The notes under the pieces: generated by a model
Told to the model about the DNA's origin: nothing
Databases searched by the model: none
What the model saw: only the letters and a program-made list of their open reading frames with translations
Shown: positions 41,801 through 55,970 of the stretch, in pieces
Position numbering within the stretch: position 1 is the first letter of the stretch
Layout: each line of letters opens with the position of its first letter
Program-made: the position numbers and the translations under genes
Assembly (NCBI RefSeq): GCF_009914755.1
Contig: NC_060935.1
Strand: one strand, 5' to 3'
Origin: the human T2T-CHM13v2.0 reference genome, Homo sapiens
DNA: 64,000 nt

Positions 41801-44800
41801 AGAGCTTCTCCCATATATATATATAATTTTTCTCTATCATTCTGGATTTATTTTTGATATATCATGACATAATTTTTTATATATCATATTAGAATGTTTT
41901 TGATATATAATATTGTTCTTTTTGATATATCATATATTTGGTTTTTTGATATAGCATGATATTATATCTCATTACCATGTGGTAGACTTCTAATTGATGT
42001 TAGCTTTTCCTCTAATCTCTGTCTCTCTCCCATCCTCCCTCTCCCTTTTGTCTACTCTCAATACCTTGATAGTCATCTTGTATATCACAACCATTCTACT
42101 TTTCTTTAAATACTGCCTTTCACATTTTATACATGCCACAGATGCTCATATTCATCTGTGTTCCTAACTGCTTGTAAATTATGTGCAAATTTCTTAGCCC
42201 TATATTTAAGCCCTTTCACAATGCAGCTTTTACCACAACCCTCTCTAGTCTTTTTAAGACCAGATACTTCTCTGATATGAGGGAACGTTAGAGTGGATTC
42301 TGTCTAGTCCTCCCATATCATTGGTGGAAAAAGTGAGGCACAGAGAATGAAGTTATTTTCCAAGGCCACTCAGTGTATTTGTAGTAGAGTCCAGATGAGA
42401 ATGCTAGAGTTCAATGTCCTACATTACACGCCTCCTCTCCTAAGCAAACCCTCTGCTGCTGCTAGAAGCTTCATGTCCATCCCTAGCCTAATGTTATTCC
42501 CTTGGGCCTAACTTCCTCCTCCTTGTTTTACTTCCTGTTTTCCTGGATTCTTTGAAGTCTTGGCCTTCTCTCTTGTCCAGGTCAGGTTCTATCTTCCCAG
42601 ACCTCCTGTAATCATGATGGTCCGTGACACTTACTTGGCCATCAGCCCCACAACCTGGCAGCATTACATGAATTTTGGTCCTTCTTTACTCTTTTATTAT
42701 TATTTTTCAGGTGAGCAGTAATGCAAGCTCATTTTAAACAACTAAAACAATACAAAAAAACAGCAAGTAAACTGTGAACATCTTTCTATCTTAACCTTCA
42801 GGTAACCACTGATAATAAACTAGACAAATTAACTCTATACACTTTCTCTACACATATTTACATATCCCCAGCTACATTCCCAATGTCTAGGATAGTGCCT
42901 GGTTCCTGTCAGTGAGTGAATATACGTGAGTGGAAAAACATTCATGTTTACCTCCATATATAGTCATTGTTTTAAAGAATGATCCCATAATAACACACGA
43001 TGTTCTGTGATTTGCTTTCTTTTTCTATTTACCTTTTTAATGAATAAATATCAATAACTAGACTGTAAGCCCCACGAGGGCAGTCCCAGCCACTGTTTCA
43101 GGCTTCTTGTTTTCCCAGGATGTGGCACAAATCGATGTCCTCATACATTATTACTGAGGGTGACTACAGCTTTACGTGCTTGATGAATCTCTTCCTCAAC
43201 TCTGAAGAAGCCTTAAGGTTCACAAAGACTCCTGTTCCTCTAAAGAGGAATTATTAATCAGCTCACCAAGGATTTCATGGCCAATTTCAGTGTCTAATAG
43301 TGAAAACGATGTAAACTAGAAAAGAAAGTATAAGCGAGGAGAATAATATAGCAGACAAGCAGGACCCTAGAAGGTGGCAACCAACTTTGCCACCTTGAAA
43401 GGCATAATTCTCTATACTGGAGCTGCCATCTTGAATGTGGACTTTTGTGGGAAGTATTAGGCAGACCACATAAATACAGCCTTAACTCCAAGCATTACTG
43501 ATTTCAAAAAATGCTTCTAGACATTTGGGAAAACTAGAAGCAGCAACAGAATCATTTCAAAACTCTCCTGAAAAGACAAACTCCATACAATAAGGAGTGA
43601 GAAAGAGTGACCATCGTCTGGAATCATCTCTCCTTCATCACTTTCCTTTGTTCTCTGAAGCATATATCAAGACTTCATAAAAGCAGTCAAGGCTGTGCTG
43701 AATCTTTCACTATCAGTCCCAAGTGGATATTATAAGCATCAGAAAAATTTTCCATTTACACAGGCAGGGAGGTATTTTCAGTAATTTATATCTTTTCTAA
43801 TTACTAACCAATTCTCTCTTTCCAGCCTCCCAATTTAGCACATAGAATTGCTGCTCCCTGCAGAAAACAACTCTCCAGCAAGGTGTGAGTTTCCATGGTT
43901 AGTTGCCAGAGCTTCAGATGTGAACGGAGCTGCAAAGCCACAATCCATTCAGTAGATAAAAACATCAAGAAATAAAGTTCCACTGCATTCGTTCAGTTCC
44001 TAGCACAAAGTGAATGCTCAGTAAATAATAGGAAGGAGGGGAAAAGCGAATCAGGAGAACAGAAAAGAAAAGGAGAGAGGGAATAAAGGGAGAAGAAATC
44101 AAGGCAATTGACTTTCAAACTGTTTGTGACCAAGAATTTAACTGTGGAAGGAGATCACTAATAAAGATAATACTAGTTACTGAATACTGAACAAGAGGGT
44201 ATTGTGTTAGGCTTGTTATTGTTAATCCTCCCAAGAACTTTGCTGAGGTCAACTTTAAGATGGGAAAACTGAGGCACAGAAAGATTAGATGCTTCGAAAG
44301 TAGCAGAGCTAACATAAGAGATACGGTCTGTGTGGTGCACACACTGTGTCCTTTCTCCCCTACTTAATCTTCCCTCTTCTCTTATAATACCTGCTGTCTC
44401 CAGCCTTAGGTCTGCAGGTAACACTCCTATCTTTGACAGTCATCAATGTTGCTATGTGCTTCCAAATCTACTTCTGCTCCCCACGCATACACATTCCCTT
44501 CCCCATAATATCACATGCCTTCTAACAGCAGCCTCGTGCCGGTCATCACAATGGGCCACTTTGCTTTTCCATCTCAGTAAACAGCCCCCTCCAGGCATAC
44601 TGTAGTCTTGGTGTCTACAGGCTGTTTCCCTGTTTCTTTAGGGCAAGCTTGGTCAGTGCAGGGACCAGCTTTCCTCAACAGCTCTGCCACTTTGGGTATT
44701 AGAGAGCACAACAATCTCCCAGAGCATTTTAACGTCAAACCCTTTTAATATTCCTGTGGCCAAGTTCAGTGCCTTCTCACCCAGCTCCTTCCTTGAATTA

Positions 44801-47800
44801 TGCTTCAGCCTATATTGGGGCCAGTTCTGTGAGAGGCTGGCTGCAGGTTCTGATCAGCGGTGGGCTCTGCCACATCTTGTGAGACCAAGAGGCATTAAGT
44901 CAGTAAGCACAAGGGCAGCAGTCATCCAGAAGGGGAAGAAGCACTGGAGGCTGCCTGAAACAGAGGACCTGGAACTCTCAAACTCCATTCACTGCACTAA
45001 CAGTTGCCAGCAACAGAATAAAATATATGTGACTAGCCCTTGCTGTTCTTGGCACGAGGAGTTCCATGAAACCCAGACATATAATTCTGCATTCTTTAAA
45101 TCATCATCCTCTATCTTTTCCCTTTCCAAGTTTGCATTGCATGCAGTTTCCTGTTGCATTGTTTTCTCTTTTGTCAAACTCCTACCACCTGGAAAAGTTG
45201 CCATGTACACTGCACTGTACACCGTACACCATACACTGCACACTGCACTGTAAAGGTGTGGTCCCTTGATTCTCATTTTTTTTCCTCTCTATTATACCCT
45301 CACCCTTTCCTCCCATTCTCCCCTGCAGGGTCTCACCTCTGTGATCCTCTCCTGATCTGTCTCTCTGCATCTGTGACTAGATTCCCTTCACTTCTTCCTT
45401 CCTTACCTTTCCTCTGCGGCTGGGCTGTGTCTATTTCCTCCTCCTGCAGCTGGTCTCACTTGCTTTTTCTTACCACCTCCCTCTGAGTGATCTGCCTCTA
45501 CTTTCCTGCTGCATCCTCTCTTCTCTTCTCTGGTTGATTTATCGTGCTTTATTGGGAAGACAGCCTATGACTGGCTGTTTACCACCTAATTTCTGGAATT
45601 GTGTTATCCTTTTGAAGTCCAAACTGATGTGCTGTGAAAGTCTCATAATTAGACTTATAAAAATAAATCTTTCTCATTCCACCATCAATACAACTAAAAC
45701 ACTGGGTTAGCTGTCAAATACAGGCAAGCCAGAGGAGCTTGCTCCTGAAAACTAAAATAGCAAAATTATCTGTGCTAGCATTTGGAAATGCTATCTTAGG
45801 CTGTGTTGCTTATACATAATGCTCTGTGACTCTAAGTCAAGGACAAGCCTCAAGTTAGGGTTTTTCCATGTAGGGCTTCTGGAGAAACTCCTTAGGATTT
45901 ATAGGTCTCTGGAGCTTCTTCAAAATCCACTTGTTCCTGTCTACTATAGAGACCTGCTACATATCAAAGAACCAAGTGAATGTTCAACCCCCTTCTTAAC
46001 ACCATCATTATAAACTGAATGTTCTAAATTCTATATTTGCTCCTGAACTGACCCTTAGTCCTTGCCTAGAACCAGTCAGTCAACAATAGCTCAACTTTGG
46101 GCTTTTGGGTATGTATGTAGCTCAAGGTTTATATCATCTGCATTGTAACCTCCATTTCTTACCCATCCTTTGCCAATATTTTCTTCCCTCTTAAAAGTAT
46201 GAAATAAGTACTGAAATGTTTCAATTTTTGTATGGCCCTAAGATACAAAATACGGGTTGAAGAAGCACTAAGGGGAAAATTCACATTTGGAGATGTGAAA
46301 ACCATGAATATTATATTAGAAGACAGATGCATGCATGCCATCCATTTGCAGAGAATGCATCATTGCTAAATATTGCTTCTCTTCAAAGTTATGCATAATG
46401 AGAAAGTCAGGTAAACCAGGAAAAAGTATGGATTTTTGGATGAATAGGAGACTAAGCAAATAACTATGCATAAAAAGCATAAATCACTCACCAACAAATT
46501 GTATAAACTACAATGTGTTTTCCAGGATAAAGTGTGTGAAGGTATCTGTTGTATGAATACAAATTCACCCTTCTTTTCTTTCTTTTTCAGGCTTGTGAGT
46601 GTTTGACAATGTAAATTATTCTTCCTGAGAACAAGTCCACCTGAGGATTAGTGAATGGGTGTGATTTTCAACCAAAAAAACTTGTATTTAGCTGCCTTCT
46701 TTCTCACACCTATAAGTTCCTGGCTAATGTTGATATTTATCAAATGCTGTGTGCAATAAAAACAAGTATTTCCCTAAAGAAAGTAAATTGTGCTGCAATT
46801 GTTTATGTGTGTGTGTGTATGTATACATGTATATATGCTGTGTATAAAAATATAAATAATTTTGGTAATTATTGATGAGTAGATAATACCTTAGCACATT
46901 TATGTTCCTAAAGGAAGAAAAATCCAGGGATAGGTATATTTTCAAGAAGGCTTGGTAGATTTGGCTCTGGCTTGTGTCATCATTTAGCTTTGGAATTTTG
47001 TACTTTAGTTCCTTTGTTTATTAAATAAACAACAAACAAACAAATATTGTACAAGAGGAACTCTGGTATTCCATTCGGAGTTATGATTCTGTGATTCTAT
47101 CTTGTGGTTTTAAAATACCTACATACTGTAAGATGTTTGATTCTGCAAAGAGCTATGAACCTATTCTGCCTTTTCCCATGCAAAAGTCATTCTTTTGTTT
47201 ACTCATTTATTCTAGAAACATTTATTTGTGATTTACTATGTTTATTTATGATTTACAATAGGTTCTGTGCCATGTCCCATGGATTCAAAGATTATTTAGA
47301 TAGCCTCTGTTCTTGAGGAGCTCAGTATATATAAGATGATCTCCTACTTTACAGAATTTTTTCTCAAAGACCTAACTGTAGAAAGTCAAGCTTTCTATGC
47401 AAATAACTCAATATGTACCCATAACTCCAAGTCCTGACGCTAACTGGTATTGTATTTTGGAGAAGTGGTTTATCTTCTGTGTTAAATCTCTGAGGTAGTG
47501 TAATAGAAGGGAAAGAGTGTGGGTTTTGTCCAGCAGACTCAGGATTGGAATTTTGACTCTGTACATCTATTAAGTGATGATAGGAATATCTACTTCAAAA
47601 TGGTTGCAGAGTTATATTGAGAACTGAATAAGGTGATGCAGATGAAAACCCACTCAATGAATGGTAGCTTTTGCTTTTACTATGGGAAATTGAAGAATAC
47701 TTCTGCTTTGTTTAAGCACCCTTTTCAAATCAGTAAACCAATAAATTCATTTTTTCTGGACTAAATTCTTTGAAGACTCTTTTCTTAGTATAATCTATGG

Positions 47801-47826
47801 CTGTAACCTCTATGCAAGAGTCTGTA

Positions 47827-47901
47827 TTAGGTTGAACCACACAAAATTGACAATATTCAACTTGACCTACAGAAATGGCAACTTCACATGGTTCAGCCTA
47901 A
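47827..47901. mobile_element. MADE2 mariner MITE (palindromic)
   Basis: TA|ttaggttgaaccacacaaaattg ... caacttcacatggttcagcctaa|TA: terminal inverted repeats with a TA TSD. Confidence 0.85.
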
Positions 47902-50819
47902 TAACATTATTAATATCACTAAAAGAAAATTTTAATTTCTACTTTTTAATGTAAATAGCATGTACAATTTCAATTTTTTTCTAGAAGAGTATTTCCTCAC
48001 TAAAAAGTATGTTTAGTGTGTAAAATTCACGACATTTGCTGTTTTGATTAAGAAAAATAATGTTAAAATAAATCTTCCTGGTTCTTTTTCCCAAAATAGT
48101 TTTAGGAAGTTTAAATTTGAGTTAAATGTTGTGAAAATTTTAGCCTCAGGAAATGTGAAAAGGGACATTAAAGTCTTATGTATTGTTGGCTATCAGGGAA
48201 AAGAGTAAATCTTTGACCATTCTAAAAGAACAACATTGGAGTTGTCAGCTAATGAGCTGAAAGTTGTTCTGTGATATATTACTGAGCAAAAGATTAGAGG
48301 AAACTAGTATAACAGAGAGAAAGAGAAAGAGAGCCCTATTTTTTCCCCTGCTGTATATGTGGCAGAGACTGAGGACTGGGAGTGTGTAGAAGTGTGAGAG
48401 AAAAATGTGGGAGAAGTGTTTAAAGTGTTCCAAGGAAACTAAAATGAAGACAAGAATATGTATGCTGGGGTTCAGGTTTTCAAAACAAGCTAGCTTCTAC
48501 CTAGAACTTGTCATCAACACCCTTTACTAGTAGCTTTTGAACTTCCATCTGTCTACTGAGCTGGAAACACTCTTCTTCGTAGCCACATGTCATGCTGCCA
48601 CCCTTGCCTTGGGAAGCTCAATTCAAATCCTACTTCTCCTATGAAATTCTCCCCAGTTACAGGGCATTTTCTAGAAGAACTGTTATTTCCTCTATCCTTA
48701 ACACTAAAGCAAAATACTTCTATGTCTTCCAACTCTCCCATCCCAAGTGTTTTATAGATGGTTTGTGGTTGTGTTTAACAGTAATAGATGGGCTAAGAAA
48801 TATATTTGTCCATCTGATATGGCCTCAAGACTATCTAGTCCACATTTATTGAACATCTACAATGTGCCAGGGGCTGTGTCATGTCATGTACTGAAATCAA
48901 TAAAAATAAGACTTGGGTTTGGTATGAAGAAGATCACAGCCTTATGTAGCCATTTTTGAGATGTATAAATGAATAATCCTATGAAGCACTTATGATGTTT
49001 CTGAAATTCTTTCCTCATAAGGTTTACTGGGAATCCTATAATCCCACCATCTGAGATTCACTGTTTTGGTCTTAAACTTAGTAGATATACTGTGAAAATC
49101 TCGATATAGTTAGTTAAAATAATGCTTTGCCTGTTTCCTAACATTCAACCTCAGTGTGAACTCCTTCATCTGATTTCTTTCACTGAAGGACAGACAAGAA
49201 AGAGCATGAGGACACTAGACCCCTAGGTACCATAGAGTGTGAGGAGGGACCAGAATTGTGGGAAATGTACTTGAGGTCAGCTTTTATCTGGCAGGAGTTG
49301 CACAATGTTACAGAGTTGAGGAGATGGGATGATGACCAGAAGGCCAATGCCCATTCCTCTTAGAGTTGAAGCTCATTCTTAGAGCCTTGAGCACTGGGAC
49401 TGTTGGTGGCACTGTCAAAGAAGGCAGGACCACTTGCTTTGTGTCAGGCACCATGATGGGTGCTCTATACCCCTTGGCACATTTAACCCCCATAACAATC
49501 CTTTGAAGCAGGAGTCATTGGCTCCATTTTATAAATAAGAAGACTCAGTTTGGGGAAGCTAAGTACTTGTCCAAAGTTTGCACATCTAGTTGATAGTAAA
49601 GCAGGGTTCAAGCCTCTTGCTGGTTCCAAAGCCATACTTTTTCATCTTCTTAACCTTTGAGAAATAAAGGAATCCAGTTACCCTCAAAAGGCAGGTACTA
49701 CTTCAAGGGAAATACTTTTGAATGCAAGTCCATTTGAGGACCAGCCTCGTGCCGTATCAGAGGAAGACAATTTCAAAGTGAGAACAAATTTCATTTCCAA
49801 CATTTTCAAGAGCAGAAACAAAGATTGTTTATAGGATCCTCTGAGATTTGATAAAAAAATTCCATCCTTTGCAGGAATGCTTTCTCCCAAGCCCTCTAAA
49901 TGCCTGCAGATGGTCAGCTGGCTCCTGCTTGAGTAACTACAATGCAGTGACACAAGGCCTTTTCACTCCACCCACAGTGCTTAGCACAGTGAACAGACAC
50001 ATTAAGTCCTCAGTAACATCAGAAAATGGAGACTGAGTAAGGTTGAGTGACTTGTTCAAGATCAGTTAGGCGATACATGGTTTAGTATTTAAAACTAAAC
50101 CTGTTACGAACTCTTGCTTTTAGATGATGCCTCTTTTGGTTCTAATGGCATTTTCTAGGGCAACACAAATAAGTCTACCTTCATTTCTGCAGAATGGTCT
50201 TGCAAGTGCTTTATCAACAAAAACAACAGCAGCAGCAGCAACAACAACAAAAATAACAGCCAACATTTATCAAATCCTTCCAGGTGCGAAATGTTACACT
50301 AAACACCACATGTATTATCAATTTCTCCTCATAACAGCCCTATACGTAGACACAGTCATCATTTTATTGATAAGAAAACTGAGGCACAGAGAAGTTAAAT
50401 AAATTGCCGAAATTCACAATTACAAACAACAGAGTCAGGATGCAGACTCACTTTTTTTTCTTTATGTGCACTTTTATTTTTACATTGTAGAGAAAGTAAT
50501 GACTTCTAAAAAGAGTATGTAAATGAGTATAATATAAGCCCATCAGACCAAAAAAATATTAGAACGTATTTAAAAGAATCAGGATTTCTATAAAACAATA
50601 AACACCTAGATCATACATTCTTTTGGACCAAATGGCAAGTGCATATACATACAAGGCAAGTACTGGCACATCAGACGTATCAAAAACACCTTCTTTGATG
50701 CAATCGCTTAGGAATTGTAAAAAATAAGTATCATTCAGCATCTGGATGCTAATAATAAAAGCGATAGAGGCTAAATAAACAGGGCCGTTACTCTACTCCC
50801 TTTCCTATTTCCTATTTTT

Positions 50820-52270
50820 AGGAATTCAAGTTTATTCAAAAGGTTTATATATAATCCCAAAACTGCTATTTCTCTTCTTCTATAATTTCAGAATGATAGC
50901 TTTACACAACTTTAAAGCTTGAGCTTCTTCTGAATTCCCAAAGTGTTTCTGTGCTCCTTTACAAATGGGCCACATCTTCAAGGGTCAGCTTTACCTGTGT
51001 AAGGTCTGCAAGACCATTCTCTCTCAGATACGAGGAACACTGAAGAATACATCATTCATTCCATAGAGGCCCTTAATTATGTGGAAACTGAATGCGCTCT
51101 CCTAGGATTCTCTAAAATGCTTTCTGTTCAATCTGTTACAGATGGGCCAATGGCCCAAGAAGTATAACCTTTCATTTTCATAATTTCATAAGCACTGGCA
51201 ATCACTTCTTTGTGGACATTTTCCCCCTTGCTCTAGATCTTGATCAATTCCTTTATCTGAGTTTAGATCCTTCAGAGGGACACCAGCAATGTTCACTCCA
51301 CTCCACACAGGAACACTTGAGTCCCCATGCTCTCCAAAGATCCACCCATGGCAGCTTCCAGAGTGGATTCCAAGCACTTGCACAGTCAAGAAATGGAAAT
51401 GGGCAGTGTCCAGATTACAGCCATTTCCAATAATATGGGTTTTGAAAAATGTACTCAATTTCTAAGCTACATAAATTAAGATATCCACTGGACTGGAAAC
51501 TATCAATTTGCAGCAGGACTATATTGAGTAATATTAGACATCATTAATTTAACGATGGCCACATTTAGACTGACTAAATTAAAGTGTTTCACCTTTTTCC
51601 TGGCATGCACCTGATGTGATAATCACTAGGTTGGAGATTGCAGAGATGAGATAATCTTTGCTGGAAGCACTATCTGGCAGTTTTAGGAAAAGACTGCCAT
51701 GTTTAAGATCCATTGTCTCACACCCTTCAATTCACCATTATCAACAGCTACAAAGGCAACTTCATCCCTCAAGTCTTTTAATAACATGGTGATTGCACGG
51801 GCCATGCTAACTGATCCAGTTCTTATAATGGAGACCTTACTGTGGTGAATAACCTCCTCTGAAGCAAAATTCTCAATAAATTCATTCTGGATAGTTACCA
51901 TCACGTAACCAGAGGTGGGAAGGTTGGTTAGGGGCCAGCTGACCCTGTGATGTGCGTTCTCTGTTGGTGACACAGATTTATCCTGGGGCCAAGAAAATTT
52001 ACTCCCATAGTGCCTACGCTCCAGCTGGACCACAGAACTCCTGCAGCCCACCTTGGGGATACACACACAAGAGGTGGATGGAGCAGAGAATGGAAGAAAG
52101 TGGTGGGCAAGCTGCAGGTTGAGCTTGCTGGGGCAAGCCGAAAGAACCTGTTTGAATGTTCAGTGCCTTTCACTTTACTTCAGCTATTGCAGTTACCAAG
52201 CAAGGCCATGCTTAGCTCCCTGCACACAGGCCTCATGGGGGCCTCTGGAAAGTGCTTCTGATGTCTGCTC
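50820..52270 (-). pseudogene. Processed pseudogene of the LDHAL6 (LDH A-like 6) family
   Basis: ATG at 51901 ([26 protein letters not shown]), internal [27 protein letters not shown], stop TAA at 50912-50914 after ..KLKL, AATAAA at 50831-50836. It is intronless, with frameshifts and a TAG replacing the Trp of YVAWK. The 5' boundary is uncertain (52270-52390). It may be the annotated LDHAL6DP (unverified). Confidence 0.92.
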
Positions 52271-52559
52271 AGATTAAAGCAGTAAAAAGGCTTCTTCTTT
52301 AGCTCTGTGTGAATCCTGGAGAATACAAACAAGTATTCTCTTCAATATCTGACATGGATAAGAGGCCAACCCAGATCTCTGGAATTACTCATTTCCTGTT
52401 TTTAGTAGGTATGCCAAGTCGGACCCACTCTGGCTCCTGAGCCTATAGCTTAAGCATCACTGTGTCTAATTCCCTCTCTTTCTCTCTCCTTCTTTGGGAC
52501 ATTTCACTTTGCCCTTCACCCTCTAATATATCATGTCCAGGAACCTTAATCCTATTCTG

Positions 52560-52810
52560 TGGCTTCTTGATATCTTTATAAAAATGCAGCAACTAGAGTG
52601 GAACATATAGCTTAGATAGAGTCTAACCAGTGTGGAGACAGAAGGATGTCTCCTTCCCACATTCCAGGACTACATTTCCGTAAATAGGCTCCAGCCTATT
52701 AGCCTATTGGCAGCATCATCAGATGGCTACCTAAAACCACAAGATCTTCTTTTAAGGAGCTGTTGCCATATGTCTCCATTCTAAACTGGTACAATTAATT
52801 TTGGAACCTG
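52560..52810 (-). mobile_element. L3/CR1 fragment
   Basis: gagtggaacatatagcttagatagagtctaaccagtgtggag...cagcctattagc...ctaaaaccacaagatctt. Confidence 0.6.
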
Positions 52811-53228
52811 TATTTTCCCAGACTGTCTGTCTTAGCAGAGAATTTTGTATGCCTGGTAAATGTAAGTAGTTAATAAGTATTTATAGGATTTGTGTCAATA
52901 TTTTGCTACCTTATGGCTACTTACTAGCTTAATGCCTCTGAACCTCAGTTTTTTTTCACTGGAAAATGGGAAAATAGTATATTCCCTGGTAGTGCTACAG
53001 GAGGTTCATATGAGATAATGCATGCAGTGTAAGGTGATGTTATTATCACAGAGAATCTAGGTTTGAATTCCACACTAGAAAGGTAATTATAACTACTAAA
53101 CCCATAATCACAGAAACCACAGCCTACAGGTCCTATAACTATCCCAAACATAAGATTATATGCCCAGATTTCAATCAGAAAACATTTTACAATTCCTTTC
53201 CCCCAAAGGATGTTCAACGTTTGCTTTC

Positions 53229-53247
53229 ATTGCCCTCTAGTGGTTGC
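53229..53247 (-). promoter_or_regulatory. Candidate CTCF site
   Basis: The minus strand reads aaCCACTAGAGGGCAa, matching the core CCASYAGRKGGCR. Motif only; occupancy unknown. Confidence 0.55.
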
Positions 53248-54046
53248 TATACAAAAGATATAACTACATTTTGTTTGTTTCTCATTTTGATTTTTGAGAT
53301 GTCAGACACAATATCTTATAAATATTCTTCAAGTTTGGTTAGGTTACACACATTCCTGTCAGCTGGAAACCTTTAAATAATCAGCCTATAGGGACAGTAC
53401 CTAACATTGTGTCCTGCGCAATATAGGTGTATACTGCCCATGCAGTTGGCCATGCATTTATTTTACTAGATCTTTACTCAGAATCTACTGACTTAAAATA
53501 GTAATCTAGCTTCATTCATTCATTATATATTTATAAGATATATTATATGTCAGGTAAACAAGACAAGCATTGTCCTGGCTTACAATAGAGTAAGGAAAAT
53601 GGAGTACTAAACATGTCTTTAAAAATTAACATGGTAAGTGCTGTCATAGGAAGAGTATGGGATATACAAAGCACATTAAGAGGGGTACCTAACTTGGAGG
53701 TGCTTCTGTGTGTTTTTGGAAGGTGAAGTGGGAATGGCAAGAGAAGGCATTTAGAGAATATAACAATCTAAGATTTGAAGGATGAATAGAATAGAAGAGT
53801 TATTCAGAAGAAGGTGGGGTGGGGAAAGTTTTCAGGAGAGGATACAATGTCAGATATAGTTACATGACAGAGAAAAGACTGACTTTTAGAGATATGGCTG
53901 GACAAGTTAAGAGAAGCTATATCGAGGAATTGAGACTTTATTTGGATGGTTAAGTTATAACCAATGGACTCTGAAAAAAGTATGAATGTATGCCTTTAAT
54001 TTTAATTTCTGATTTTAAAACTTTTATTATTTAAAGGGAAGTCTTA

Positions 54047-54347
54047 GGCTGGGTGAGGTGGTTCACACCTGTGATCCCAGTGCTTTGAGAGGCTGAGGTG
54101 GGAGGACTGCTTGAGGCCAAGAGTTGAAAAACAGCCTGGGCAACATGGTGAGACCCAGTATCTTAGAAATATTTTAAAAATTAGCTGTGTATGGTGATGC
54201 ATGTTCATAGTCCTGGCTATTTGAGAAGTTGAGGTGAGAGGACTGCGTGAGCCCAGGAGCTCAAAGGTTTAGTGAGCTATGATTGTGCTACTGCACAATC
54301 TAGCAGCAGTGAGACCCTGTCTCTAATTAAAAAATAAATAAATAAAA
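54047..54347 (+). mobile_element. AluJ-like
   Basis: Diverged dimer; TSD taaagggaagtctt. Confidence 0.92.
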
Positions 54348-55601
54348 TAAAGGGAAGTCTTTATTCATAACTAACATACGTTTAGTCATAACTAATAAAA
54401 AATTAATTGTTCAAAAACCCTTCAGTGCATCCTTTTTATCACACAAAGTTCTCTCAAACACATACATTCCTAGCATATTGGAGCTGGAAGGGCCTTTAAA
54501 GATCCTGAGTCTCCGTCTTTTCACTTTACAGAGGAGTGAGAAGATCAGGAGTTTGTTCAGGTTGTCCTGAGTAACTGAATTGTTGCTCCTGGGAGCTATT
54601 TGCTTTTCCTAGCCTAGCCCAGTGCTTAAACTCCTCATCCCGTTTATTCAGAGGCCAAATAGTCTCCTGCATCTGGTGTCTTGTTGGTCTGGGCTGTTGA
54701 TAATTCTTGAGCACTCCTGCTTTTCAAAACTTCTGCATTGGACTTCATGTTCTTCCTTTGTGGCCTGATGAAAAAATCGTTTATCTTAGACTTGCAGTGA
54801 GGATCTGGGAAGGTCTTTCCATTACCAAGGAAAACATGAATCCTCCTCAGAATACCTGGTGAGGTTTTGCCTTTTCTATGGAACTCCCTTGCCTCACTGT
54901 ACTTTTCTTATAGTATAATTCGGGGTGGACCTGCTTATTACTTCTGTTAGACTATAAGCATCCCAAGGACATGACACATGGCTTAGTCATCATTACATTC
55001 CACATAGCAAGGTGACATAAACACAGAAGCCCCTATCAAGTTCGTTGTAGACAGGGATGAGAGGATACATGAATAAACAGAGGAATGGAGTGGAATATCT
55101 TATTTCCTGACAGGAGGTTTAAATCTATGTTAGTAAGGGTATGAAAGCTATATATATTTTTTCCTTCAGGGAAAGATGGTGAGCCACCCAAGGTGAAAAG
55201 AGAATCTCTGACAAGCAAGCAAAAATTAAGGTTGTACTCTTTGTCATAAGAAATGACTATGAATATGAACGTAAAAAGACATTAGAGAAGAAAAGTCAGG
55301 AAAAGGGGAAAGATAAATTTGGGTAGCATAAGAGACTGCCCAAAGGACTTTAAAACCAGAGATACCTGACGTTCACTTTTAAGTTTTTACATGTTTATGC
55401 AAATCCACTGCCATCTTTTTGAGGCATAAGTCCTGTCTGCTACACACAAAGGAGATGCTAAGGAACACTTGCTTGCCTTTATGTTAGAAACAGAAACAGT
55501 GTGATTTTTTCTGATGTTCTCAATTACAGAGTCTACTGACTCAGGTCTGTATGTGCCTGATGATGATCACGAGCCCCATCAACAAAGGGAGTTCCCGCTC
55601 A

Positions 55602-55970
<369 letters not shown>

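Noticed and set aside
44756-45486. Cluster of ORFs up to 165 aa
   Set aside because: No recognisable domain or splice structure; partly low-complexity.
46155-46341. Minus-strand ORF ending at a strong donor-like TGG|GTAAGA, as a possible DLG2 alternative exon
   Set aside because: No similarity to DLG proteins and no promoter or acceptor support; isolated donor motifs are common by chance.
46565-46600. Strong plus-strand acceptor-like site (possible antisense lncRNA exon)
   Set aside because: A single motif without transcript evidence.
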